From assembly GCA_020251025.1 (NCBI GenBank), contig JADCDI010000040.1, forward strand, positions 714-64,713: a DNA stretch of 64,000 nucleotides, written 5' to 3'. Numbering within the stretch: the stretch's first letter is position 1; every line of letters begins with the position of its first letter. The DNA is from Rhodobacter sp. (GTDB taxonomy: Bacteria > Pseudomonadota > Alphaproteobacteria > Rhodobacterales > Rhodobacteraceae). Under the pieces are notes generated by a model. It saw nothing but the letters and a program-made list of their open reading frames with translations. It did not search any database and was not told where the DNA came from. Position numbers and translations under genes: made by a program. Positions 1 to 8,294 of this stretch are shown piece by piece.

Positions 1-114
1 CATCTCGCGGACCGGTGCCGCGTTGAAGGCACGGCATCGCCACAGGGGAAGCGGAGGCGATGCAGCCTCGGCGAAAGAGCCCGAACTCCCGCTCGGCAAG
101 CCGGGGGCACCCCC

Positions 115-297
115 GTGATCCGCGCGCTCCACAGCCCGAAAGGCGGGGTCAGGAAGCCCACCTTCGCCTTCGATCTCGCCCTCGGGTTTCCGGGACGCGT
201 CGAGGGTTCGGCCGGGCAGACCAGCAAGACCGTCGGCACAATGCCGCGCAGCTTGCTCGGTCGGGGTCTTTCCGCTGCAGAGAGAGCCCTGTCATGA
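115..297 (+). pseudogene. Possible truncated ParA-like ATPase remnant (60 codons)
   Basis: GTG-started ORF reading IRALHSPKGGVRKPTFAFDLAL. This resembles a ParA N-terminus with a degenerate deviant Walker A (KGGVGKT to KGGVRKP). It stops after 60 aa with an ATGA overlap onto the next gene. Weak. Confidence 0.2.
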
Positions 298-812
298 CTG
301 GCAAGCTCCCGCCGCAACGAGACGCACACACGACGCACGACCGACCCACTGCGTCGATCACCTGGGTTGATCTGACGTTCCAGCGACGCCGCGTCGAGCA
401 GTGGATCCGCTTCGGCCACCCGTGCCGGGAACAGGTGATCGATCGGCAAAGACGACGGGTTGGTTTCGCCTCCGGTGCAGTCTTTGCCTGCGTCCGCTGG
501 GCCGGAAACGAGCATGGAACCGTCGCCGTGCGGCTCGTCATCCTGCGCGCTGTCTTCCGCACCGAGCCCTTCCAGACGCTCGGTTTCGTGCATCCCGGTG
601 CCGAAATCCTGCTGCAGCTGGATGGCTGGCCGAGGGTCAAGCGCACCCTGGAAATCATCGACGCCATCGAAGCCCTCGGGATCGATCCGACCGCCGTCGC
701 GCCGGATCATTGGCGTCATGTCCACAATCGCCTCGCGGCCGGGCAGTCCCCGTCGGTCTATTCCTCGGCGCGGCATGCGGCCTGGCTTGCGCGGCGCAGG
801 ATCTGGCCATGA
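294..812 (+). CDS. DUF2840-like ICE protein
   Basis: In-frame ATG 294 within ORF 60..812. Motifs ITWVDLTFQRRRVEQWIRFG and EIIDAIEALGIDPTAVAPDHW match my recollection of DUF2840. ATGA overlap with traF. Confidence 0.55.
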   Translation: MTGKLPPQRDAHTTHDRPTASITWVDLTFQRRRVEQWIRFGHPCREQVIDRQRRRVGFASGAVFACVRWAGNEHGTVAVRLVILRAVFRTEPFQTLGFVHPGAEILLQLDGWPRVKRTLEIIDAIEALGIDPTAVAPDHWRHVHNRLAAGQSPSVYSSARHAAWLARRRIWP

Positions 813-1354
813 AGCGCCCTGTGATCCTCCTCTTGGCCGCGATGGGTCTCGCAGGTCTTGCAGCTCCGTCAATCGCGGTTCTGCCCGCGTGGCTCATCTG
901 GAACGCGTCTGCCAGCGTGTCGCTCGGACTCTACCGGGTCGAGCGCCCGACCGGGCTCGTCATCGGCGACCTCGTCGCGGTCATGCCGCCTGCGCCTCTT
1001 GCCGCGTTCATGGTCACGCGGGGCTACATCGGCGCGGATGTCCCGCTGTTGAAGCATGTCGCGGGCCTGCCGGGACAGCGCATTTGCCGCAGCGGCGCGA
1101 CCATTACCGTCGATGACGTCGTCCTCGGCGAGGCGCTGCCGCGGGATCGGCTCGGTCGCGATCTGCCCGTCTGGCAGGGCTGCAGCCTGCTTTGGGACGG
1201 CGAAATCTTCCTCATGAATCGCGAGGTCCGGGACAGCCTCGATGGCCGCTATTTCGGGCCGCTCCCGGCTGACGCCGTCATCGGTATGGCGCGCCCAGTC
1301 TGGGTGGCTTCCGAGCCAGCCGAGCCCCGTGACGGGCGCTTCATCCACCCCTGA
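809..1354 (+). CDS. traF: Conjugative transfer signal peptidase TraF (S26 family)
   Basis: Internal ATG 809 of ORF 401..1354. N-terminal signal anchor MKRPVILLLAAMGLAGL, then the S26-like body ...GLYRVERP...GDLVAV...MNREVRDSLDGRYFGPLP. Confidence 0.8.
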   Translation: MKRPVILLLAAMGLAGLAAPSIAVLPAWLIWNASASVSLGLYRVERPTGLVIGDLVAVMPPAPLAAFMVTRGYIGADVPLLKHVAGLPGQRICRSGATITVDDVVLGEALPRDRLGRDLPVWQGCSLLWDGEIFLMNREVRDSLDGRYFGPLPADAVIGMARPVWVASEPAEPRDGRFIHP

Positions 1355-1388
1355 CAGCCCATCCAACCCAAAACACAGGAGACCTGAC

Positions 1389-1724
1389 ATGTCACAGATC
1401 GGACAGTTCACCCGCGAAGAAACGGGCTTCACCGGTCAGCTCCGGACGCTCACACTCGACCTCTCGCTTGCCCTCGTTCCGGTGGAAAACAGCGAGGCCG
1501 AGAACGCACCGGCCTATCGCGTGCATGCCGGTGATGCGGACGGACCGGAGGTCGGGGCCGCCTGGAAGCGCAGCGGCGAGAAGGCCGGCGAGTATCTCTC
1601 GGTCCTGCTCGACGATCCCGCCCTGCCGCAGCCGATCCGCGCCAATCTTTTCCGCGACGATGACGCCGGTGCCGCCTGGTCGCTGCACTGGAATCGTCCG
1701 AAACCCCGCGAAGACCGGGACTGA
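1389..1724 (+). CDS. DUF736 domain protein (ICE-associated)
   Basis: MSQIGQFTREETGFTGQLRTLTLDLSLALVP...YRVHAG...GAAWKR.GEKAGEYLSVLLDDPALPQPIRANLF is typical of DUF736. Internal ATG of ORF 1242..1724. Confidence 0.8.
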   Translation: MSQIGQFTREETGFTGQLRTLTLDLSLALVPVENSEAENAPAYRVHAGDADGPEVGAAWKRSGEKAGEYLSVLLDDPALPQPIRANLFRDDDAGAAWSLHWNRPKPREDRD

Positions 1725-1729
1725 CGGCC

Positions 1730-2404
1730 ATGCGGCACAGTCATATCGCGGCGCTCGTTTGCGCCCTGTCTTCGTTCAACCATGGCCCCGCCATGGCGCA
1801 TGCGGAGCCCGTTCCGGCGCAGATCGCGGAGCATCCCCACGGCACTTTCATTGCCGAGGCTGCACAGCGTTTCGGGATCCCGGCACCCTGGATCGTCGCG
1901 GTGATGCGCGCCGAAAGCGCCAATGATCCCGGCGCCGTCAGCCACGCTGGAGCTATGGGGCTGATGCAGGTCATGCCTGGCACCTGGGCCGCCTTGCGCG
2001 CGCGCCACGGACTTGGGCACGACCCCCATGACCCGCGCGACAACATCCTCGCCGGGACCGCCTATCTGCGCGAGATGTGGGACCGCTACGGCACTATCGC
2101 TGCCATGCTCGCCGCCTACAATGCCGGTCCCGGTCGCTACGACGCCTATCTCGAAACGGGGCGTGCCTTGCCGGGCGAGACGCGCGCCTATGTGGCGGCA
2201 CTCGCCCCTCTTCTCGGCGGCGGGAGAGCATCGGAGGCGCAGATGGTTGCGCAAACTCTGCCGCCGGACTGGCGCGATGCGGCGCTGTTCGTGGCGCGGC
2301 GCGATCAGCAAATCGGGTCTGGCCTGCCGGGGAGCGCGCCGGGATCCGCAGCCCCGGCGGACGGGATTTTCGTAACGCTTGGCGAAGGGTCGGGCGGACC
2401 ATGA
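1730..2404 (+). CDS. Lytic transglycosylase (SLT domain), ICE-associated
   Basis: Signal peptide plus SLT motifs AVMRAES...GAMGLMQVMPGTW...NILAGTAYLREM...AAYNAGPGRY. Confidence 0.85.
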   Translation: MRHSHIAALVCALSSFNHGPAMAHAEPVPAQIAEHPHGTFIAEAAQRFGIPAPWIVAVMRAESANDPGAVSHAGAMGLMQVMPGTWAALRARHGLGHDPHDPRDNILAGTAYLREMWDRYGTIAAMLAAYNAGPGRYDAYLETGRALPGETRAYVAALAPLLGGGRASEAQMVAQTLPPDWRDAALFVARRDQQIGSGLPGSAPGSAAPADGIFVTLGEGSGGP

Positions 2405-2713
2405 CCACATGCCCGGCATCGGAATGCTACCGGGAGCCGACAGGTTCGGGGAAGGCACGCCTGGCTGCGATCCCGGCGGCAGAAGCGGAAAGGGCAGGGA
2501 AGGCGGAGGGCAAGATAAAGGAAACCGGCACCCCGGGGCGCCGGTTTCCGGGCAAGCCCTTGTCTGCACACTGTTTTCGGGGCGCGGATGTAGCACCCTG
2601 TTTTCCGGGCCTTGGTGCCGCGCTCTGCGGCAAGTCCCTGAATTCGCGCTACTATTTGCGGCACTGTGCCCCGTCTTTCGCCCGCAAGCGTCCCTTGATC
2701 CCCGGACGGCTCC

Positions 2714-3355
2714 ATGAGCGGCGATGACGAGAACCGGTTCGAGCTGCGGCCGGGGGCCATCCGATCAGACAGTCCGAAAGCGGGCAAGGCCAAGAGCTTT
2801 CTGACCCGCGCCAAGAAGCTCGCCCGCCAGCACAGCAACCGACCCGCGCGCGGCGCGGCGCGCGCGCCCTCGGGCGCTTCCCCTGACCCTGCCAATCCGG
2901 CCGGGAAGGGAGTGAAGGCGGCGGGACGGCGTGTGGAAGGGGCGGGCGTCCGGCGCGGGCGGGGCGCGGCCTTCGTCCGCGCCCGCGGCCTCTCGGGGGG
3001 CTGGCGGCACAGCGCACCGGGCATGCGCCGGGTCGTGATCAAGACCCGCTTTGTCCGGCAGGCGGGCCAGAGCGGGAAGGGGGCCGCCCATCTGCGCTAC
3101 ATCCAGCGCGACGGCACATCCCGCGACGGCGCGCCGGGACGGCTTTATTCCGCGACCGAGGACCAGGCCGACGGCGAGGCCTTCCTCGCGCGGGGACGCG
3201 ACGATCACCATCAGTTCCGTTTCATCATCGCGCCCGAGGATGCCGCCGAGCTTTCCGATCTGACCGGGCACACCCGCGACCTCATGCGCAGCGTCGAAGC
3301 CGACCTCGGCACAAAGCTCGACTGGGTCGCCGTGAACCACCACAACACGGGTCAA
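2714..3355 (+). pseudogene. 5' fragment of a DUF3363-type relaxase/mobilisation nuclease
   Basis: N-terminal FELRPG..., VVIKTRFVR...AHLRYIQRDG...HQFRFIIAPED...LDWVAVNHHNTG is relaxase-like. Immediately after NTG, where the His-rich motif is expected, the reading frame turns into Arg/Pro/Gly-rich non-protein-like sequence up to the stop at 3856. Confidence 0.65.
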
Positions 3356-3992
3356 CGGCGCGCGGTGCCGCCTTGCGGCGCCGGGGTGGTTTCCCTGCGG
3401 CGCACATATCGGCTGTATGAAGGTCAACCAGACCACCGAAAGTGTGCAGGCGGGCCGGGGGCGGGACAATGGCAGGCGGCAGGCTTCTGGCCCATCCCCG
3501 CTCGTGCAGCGGCGCCATGCCTCCCGGCAGAATGCAGCAGATGTGGAACGCGCGGGGGCTGGCTGACTGCGCAGCGGGAAACATGCCGGCCTGTGCGCGC
3601 CTGGCGTATCCCGGCAGCGGCCATTGCCCCGGCCACCGCGCACGGAAACCCTGCCCCGGGCTTTTCTGCGACGCCGCGGGCCTTGGGCATCAGGATCGCG
3701 AAACCGGTGGTCGCGTCTGCGGGTCGCCCGGCGGCATGGGGCGTCGCGCACCCCTGTCGCTCATCCGGTGGACCACTGCAGGTTGGCCATGTTCGGGCGT
3801 GTCACCGGGTTCTTCATCCGCCGACCCTGTCCACAATCGGGCCACAATCTTGCTGATGTCGCGACGGAAGACCATTTGCTCCGGATGATTTTGATGTTAT
3901 TAACTGTGGGCGGTTATGACGTTGCGCGGTTGGGATAGTTCGGGATCGGTTTGGTGGCTGTCACAGTCGCATCTCCTGCGGAAAAGGAAAAA

Positions 3993-4640
3993 ATGTACGG
4001 GATGCGTGACATGACCGGGTCGGTCGCCGGGGCGCTGTCGGCTTCCCGGCGGCGTGGCGTTACCCTGATCGAAGCTGTGCTTTATATCGCGGTGTCATTG
4101 GCGCTGATCGTAGGGGGTCTGGTTTTCTACCAGCAGGCGTCGACGGCGTCCCGGATGAATACCCTTACAACCATGCTGACATCGATCATGGCGGAAACAC
4201 GCGCCTTCGGGCAGGAGAGCACGTCTGCCGTTCAAGTGGTTAACTATTCCGCGTTACTCATCGCCAGAGGGTCCATCCCCGAGGCCTGGCTGGACAGAAC
4301 AAGACCGGTCTGGCAGCAAATCCGGCACCCTTGGGGCGGATACATATTGTTTGAATTCTATTTCTCCGCGACCACACCGGGAGGATATGAGGTCGTGGTG
4401 ACGTTGAACAACTTGCCCCTTCAGGTATGTTCGCGCCTTGCGGCCGTAAGTGACACGGGACGGACCATCTATTCGGGGGGGTTCAGCAGTGCAGGCATTG
4501 GTGATGCCCACCCGAACGTCGTCGGTTTGGTCAGCGCTCCCATATCATTGGATACCGCTGCGGCCGCCTGCAGAACAGGAGATACAAACAACGACGGCAG
4601 AACCAATGTGGAACAGTTTTTTGAGTTTTCCAGCAACTGA
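3993..4640 (+). CDS. Type IV prepilin/pseudopilin-like protein (orphan)
   Basis: Class III signal peptide RRRG|VTLIEAVLYIAVSLALIVGGLVF, with Gly at -1 and Glu at +5. Two C-terminal Cys (QVCSR ... AAACRTG). AAGGAAA precedes ATG 3993. Visibly lower G+C than the flanks. Confidence 0.6.
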   Translation: MYGMRDMTGSVAGALSASRRRGVTLIEAVLYIAVSLALIVGGLVFYQQASTASRMNTLTTMLTSIMAETRAFGQESTSAVQVVNYSALLIARGSIPEAWLDRTRPVWQQIRHPWGGYILFEFYFSATTPGGYEVVVTLNNLPLQVCSRLAAVSDTGRTIYSGGFSSAGIGDAHPNVVGLVSAPISLDTAAAACRTGDTNNDGRTNVEQFFEFSSN

Positions 4641-4940
4641 CAGCAGATTGAACCAGCCGTGCCAACGCTGGGCATTGTGGATGTCAGAGGAACCGTGGCC
4701 TTGCGTCTGCGCGCCCGTTGCCGGGTTCGTCGCCTGATCTTTAGAGTATTACCCCGCTTTTCTTGCTTGACGCCCTTGTCTTGACACCGAAGGCGATGTC
4801 TTTGGACGATCAGCCGCAGGATGCGGACCCGGACAGGTATGTTCCGGCCGGCTGCGGTCGCCGCAGGCGGTCGGAGATTCCGGTGCGCGGACCGGCGCAG
4901 GGGCCGCTTGTTTCAAAGGATCGGCGACAAAGGACAGAAT

Positions 4941-5927
4941 TTGAGAAATCAATCGTATAGACTGTCCGTGGCGCCCATGATGGATTGGACCGACAGGCAT
5001 TGCCGGTACTTTCACCGGCTGATGACGCGGCGCGCCATGCTTTATACCGAAATGGTGACGGCTGCGGCGGTGATCCATGGGCCGGGCCCCCGCCTTCTGG
5101 ACTACAGCCCCGAAGAGCATCCGGTCGCCCTGCAACTGGGCGGGTCCGACCCGCATGATCTGGCGCAGGCCGTGCGCCGGGCGCGGGACTGGGGTTATGA
5201 CGAGATCAACCTGAACGTCGGATGCCCGTCGGACCGGGTGCAGTCGGGCTGCTTCGGGGCGGTTCTGATGGAACGCCCCGCGCTGGTGGCCGATTGCGTG
5301 GCGGCGATGCGCGCCGAAAGCCCGGTGCCGGTGACGGTGAAATGCCGCATCGGCGTTGATGACCAGCAGCCTGCGCGCGCGCTGCCCGGATTTCTGGAAC
5401 AGGTCAGCGCCGCCGGGGTCACCCATTTCATCATCCATGCCCGCAAGGCCTGGCTGCAGGGCCTCAGCCCAAAGGAAAACCGGGAAATCCCCCCTCTGGA
5501 TTACCCGCTGGTTCTGGCAATGAAGCGGGCCTTTCCCCACCTGACGATCTGCATCAATGGCGGCATCACCTCGTTGCAGCAGGCGCGCGGCTTTCTGGAA
5601 CAGGGGCTGGACGGGGTGATGCTGGGCCGGGCGGCCTATCATGACCCGGCGGGCACGCTGATCGGGGCCGATGCCCTGTGGGGCGACGGGCCGGGGCGCG
5701 ACGCCCTTCAGACCGTCGCGGCGATGCGGCCCTATATCGCGCGGCATCTGGCGGCGGGCGGGCGGCTGCACCAGGTCACCCGCCACATGCTGGGCCTGTT
5801 TGCCGGGCGACCCGGCGCGCGTGGCTGGCGGCGGGTGCTGTCCGAAGGTGCCGGCCGCCCCGGGGCGGGACTGGCCCTGATCGATGCCGCATTGGCCGAA
5901 CTGGCGGTGCATCCCGCAGGCGTCTGA
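4941..5927 (+). CDS. dusA: tRNA-dihydrouridine(20/20a) synthase DusA
   Basis: RLSVAPMMDWTDRHCRYF, EINLNVGCPSDRVQ, HARKAWLQGLSPKENREIPPLDY, TRHMLGLF. TTG 4941 (AAGGA upstream) is preferred as the start. The ORF-track ATG 4821 would add an Arg-rich, non-conserved extension. Confidence 0.9.
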   Translation: MRNQSYRLSVAPMMDWTDRHCRYFHRLMTRRAMLYTEMVTAAAVIHGPGPRLLDYSPEEHPVALQLGGSDPHDLAQAVRRARDWGYDEINLNVGCPSDRVQSGCFGAVLMERPALVADCVAAMRAESPVPVTVKCRIGVDDQQPARALPGFLEQVSAAGVTHFIIHARKAWLQGLSPKENREIPPLDYPLVLAMKRAFPHLTICINGGITSLQQARGFLEQGLDGVMLGRAAYHDPAGTLIGADALWGDGPGRDALQTVAAMRPYIARHLAAGGRLHQVTRHMLGLFAGRPGARGWRRVLSEGAGRPGAGLALIDAALAELAVHPAGV

Positions 5928-6004
5928 CGCGGCCTGCGGCCCGCTCTGGTCTTGGCGGCGCGGGCGGGATATGCCGGAACGGCACATGGGAAAGGTCGCG
6001 GGCC

Positions 6005-6823
6005 GTGCCTGAACTTGCAGCCCTTCTGCCGATGGTGGCCCTGCTTCTGGTGATCGGGGCCTTCGCCGGCGTTATCGCCGGCCTCCTGGGCGTCGGCGGC
6101 GGGATTGTTCTGGTGCCCGCCTTCTTTTACGCCTTCGGGCATCTGGGCTATGGCGGTGGGCAGCTGATGCAGGTCTGTGTCGCCACCTCGCTGGCCACCA
6201 TTGTCTTTACCTCGGTGCGTTCGGTTCTGGCGCACAACCGCAAGGGCGCGGTTGACTGGGCGATCCTGCGCGGCTGGGCCCCCTTTATCGTGGCCGGAGC
6301 CATCCTTGGCGTGCTGGCCGCGTCATCGCTGAAATCCGCCGCCCTGCAGGCCATCTTCGGGGCGCTGGGGCTGGGTGTCGGGCTTTACATGGCTTTCGGG
6401 CGCGCAGACTGGCGGCTGGGGCAGGCGATGCCGGGCGGGGCGGCGCGCGTCGTGCTGGCCGGTTCCGTCGGCTTTGTGTCGGTGCTGATGGGGATCGGCG
6501 GCGGCACCTTTGGCGTGCCGCTGATGTCGCTTTACGCCGTGCCGATCCACCGCGCCGTTGCCACCGCTTCGGGGTTCGGCATCCTGATTGCGCTGCCGTC
6601 AGTCATCGGCTTTCTGCTGTTGCCGGTGGCCGACGGCCCGCCCTATACTGTGGGGGCTGTCAACCTGCCGGCCTTTCTGATCGTCATGGCCACGACGGTG
6701 ACGACCACCCCCTGGGGGGTCAGGCTGGCCCATGCGATGGACCCGAAACCGCTGAAACGCGTCTTTGCCCTGTTCCTGACGATCATCGCGCTGAACATGC
6801 TGCGCAAGGCGGCAGGGTGGTGA
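6005..6823 (+). CDS. TSUP family (TauE/SafE-like) anion exporter
   Basis: Multi-pass membrane protein with GLLGVGGGIVLVP and MGIGGGTFGVP repeats. Start is GTG 6005 or ATG 6032 within ORF 5678..6823. Confidence 0.85.
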   Translation: MPELAALLPMVALLLVIGAFAGVIAGLLGVGGGIVLVPAFFYAFGHLGYGGGQLMQVCVATSLATIVFTSVRSVLAHNRKGAVDWAILRGWAPFIVAGAILGVLAASSLKSAALQAIFGALGLGVGLYMAFGRADWRLGQAMPGGAARVVLAGSVGFVSVLMGIGGGTFGVPLMSLYAVPIHRAVATASGFGILIALPSVIGFLLLPVADGPPYTVGAVNLPAFLIVMATTVTTTPWGVRLAHAMDPKPLKRVFALFLTIIALNMLRKAAGW

Positions 6824-7578
6824 CCGGGGCGCGCGGCTGGGCCCGCCTTGGCCCGTTGCCCGGCCTGCGGGCCTGGGCCGAAGCGGCACTGCCGGCAGCG
6901 CGTGGCCACATCGCCGCAGGCACCGAAGCCTGGCGCTGCGGCGGCACCTGGCTTGCCGGGGTTGATGCCCTGCCCAACGGGGAAAGCGGTGGGATCGCGG
7001 GGGCAGAACTGCCCCCGGCGCTGCTGTCAGGCCTGCCCTGGCAGCCCGCAACATGGCACCGGGCGCAACTGTCCACGCTGCGCCCGGGCTATCCGCAGCC
7101 CTGGGACGGCGAAAGCGAGGCCGCCTTCCGCTTCCGCCGGGACCGTGATGCCGCCCATGTCGACGGCCTTCTGCCCGTCGGGCCGGACCGGCGGCGGATG
7201 CTGCGCGAGGCGCATGCCTTCATCCTGGGCCTGCCCCTGACCGAAGCCGATCCTGCGGCGGCCCCGCTGGTGGTGTGGGAAGGCAGCCAGGACATCATCC
7301 GCCGTGCCTTCACGGCGGCGCTGGCACCGCATCCGCCCGAAACCTGGGGCGACATCGACCTGACAGAGCCGTATCACGCGGCCCGGCGTCAGAGTTTTGC
7401 GACCTGCCCGCGCGTCCTGCTGCCCGCCCGGCCGGGCGAAGCCCTGCTGCTGCACCGGATGATCCTGCATGGCATGGCCCCCTGGGCCGAAGGGGCCACC
7501 GCCGCGCCCGAGGGGCGGATCATCGCCTATTTCCGGCCCGGGTTTGACCGCATGGCAGATTGGCTGGAAGCCGCCTGA
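6817..7578 (+). CDS. Conserved hypothetical protein (possible HxD...H dioxygenase-like fold)
   Basis: 253-aa ORF with protein-like composition and a GTGGTGA start/stop overlap with the TSUP gene. Contains AHVDG and a later LHRMILHG. Function not established. Confidence 0.5.
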   Translation: MVTGARGWARLGPLPGLRAWAEAALPAARGHIAAGTEAWRCGGTWLAGVDALPNGESGGIAGAELPPALLSGLPWQPATWHRAQLSTLRPGYPQPWDGESEAAFRFRRDRDAAHVDGLLPVGPDRRRMLREAHAFILGLPLTEADPAAAPLVVWEGSQDIIRRAFTAALAPHPPETWGDIDLTEPYHAARRQSFATCPRVLLPARPGEALLLHRMILHGMAPWAEGATAAPEGRIIAYFRPGFDRMADWLEAA

Positions 7579-7581
7579 CGG

Positions 7582-7812
7582 TCAGCGGCCCGCACGGCCC
7601 ATACGGCCACCGCGCCGCCTGGCCAGACGCGGTGCCCGCGCGGGCAGGTCGGCCATCACGGTTGCGCGTGCCTCGGGCGTCAGGCGTGACCAGGCGGTGA
7701 TTTCCTCGATCGTGCGCAGGCAGCCGACGCAGATCCTTTCTTCGGGATGCACCACGCAGAGCTTGACGCAGGGCGACGGGATCCCGTCGCGTTTCCAGAC
7801 CTCGTCCGTCAC
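7582..7812 (-). CDS. DUF1289 domain protein
   Basis: SPCVKLCVVHPEERICVGCLRTIEEITAWSRL is the Cys-rich DUF1289 signature. 4-nt overlap with ruvX. Confidence 0.75.
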   Translation of the reverse strand: MTDEVWKRDGIPSPCVKLCVVHPEERICVGCLRTIEEITAWSRLTPEARATVMADLPARAPRLARRRGGRMGRAGR

Positions 7813-8294
7813 GCCTTCTGCTCCCGCATCAGATACCCCAGACGGTCCAGCGCCCCTTGCAGGATAAACCCTGCCGCGACATGGTCGATCACCTCAGACC
7901 GACGCTTTCGCGACGTATCCGCCTCCAGCAGGGCGCGTTCTGCCGCCAGGGTGCTCAGTCTTTCATCCCAAAAGCCGATGGGCAAGGGGGTCAGGCGGCC
8001 CAGATTGCGGGCGAATGCGCGCGTCGCCTGGGCGCGGGGGCCTTCGCTGCCGTCCATGTTGCGCGGCAGGCCAAGGATCAGCCCGGCGATGCCCCGTGCG
8101 GTGACCAGCGCCAGCAGGGCCGCGGCATCTTCGGTGAACTTCACGCGGCGAAGGGTGGACAGCGGCGTTGCCACCTGGCGGCGCAGGTCCGACACCGCGA
8201 TGCCAATGGTCCTGTCGCCCAAATCAAGCCCGGCCAGCGCCCCGGCGGCGGGCAGGGCGCGCAGAAAGGCGTTGAAATCATCCTCGACGGTCAT
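7809..8294 (-). CDS. ruvX: Holliday junction resolvase-like nuclease RuvX (YqgF)
   Basis: GLDLGDRTIGIAVSD...GLILGLPRNMDGSEGPRAQ...WDERLSTLAAER...IDHVAAGFILQ. Confidence 0.9.
   Translation of the reverse strand: MTVEDDFNAFLRALPAAGALAGLDLGDRTIGIAVSDLRRQVATPLSTLRRVKFTEDAAALLALVTARGIAGLILGLPRNMDGSEGPRAQATRAFARNLGRLTPLPIGFWDERLSTLAAERALLEADTSRKRRSEVIDHVAAGFILQGALDRLGYLMREQKA

Larger units (their letters stand above)
1..3355 (+). mobile_element. Remnant of an integrative conjugative element (ICE) transfer module, ICEMlSymR7A/Tn4371-like gene order; continues beyond the left edge
   Basis: Co-directional, tightly packed DUF2840 - TraF peptidase - DUF736 - lytic transglycosylase - DUF3363-type relaxase. 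The relaxase homology stops at about 3352, and no coupling protein or T4SS genes follow. Confidence 0.6.

Noticed and set aside
2714-3856. The full 380-aa ORF as an intact relaxase
   Set aside because: Family-like sequence stops at about codon 213 (NHHNTG). The remainder lacks the His motif and all downstream relaxase features. Annotated as a truncated pseudogene instead.
4749-5987. 412-aa ORF on the minus strand
   Set aside because: It lies exactly antisense to dusA and has an Arg/Pro/Gly/His-rich composition with no motifs. This is a typical shadow ORF of high-GC DNA.
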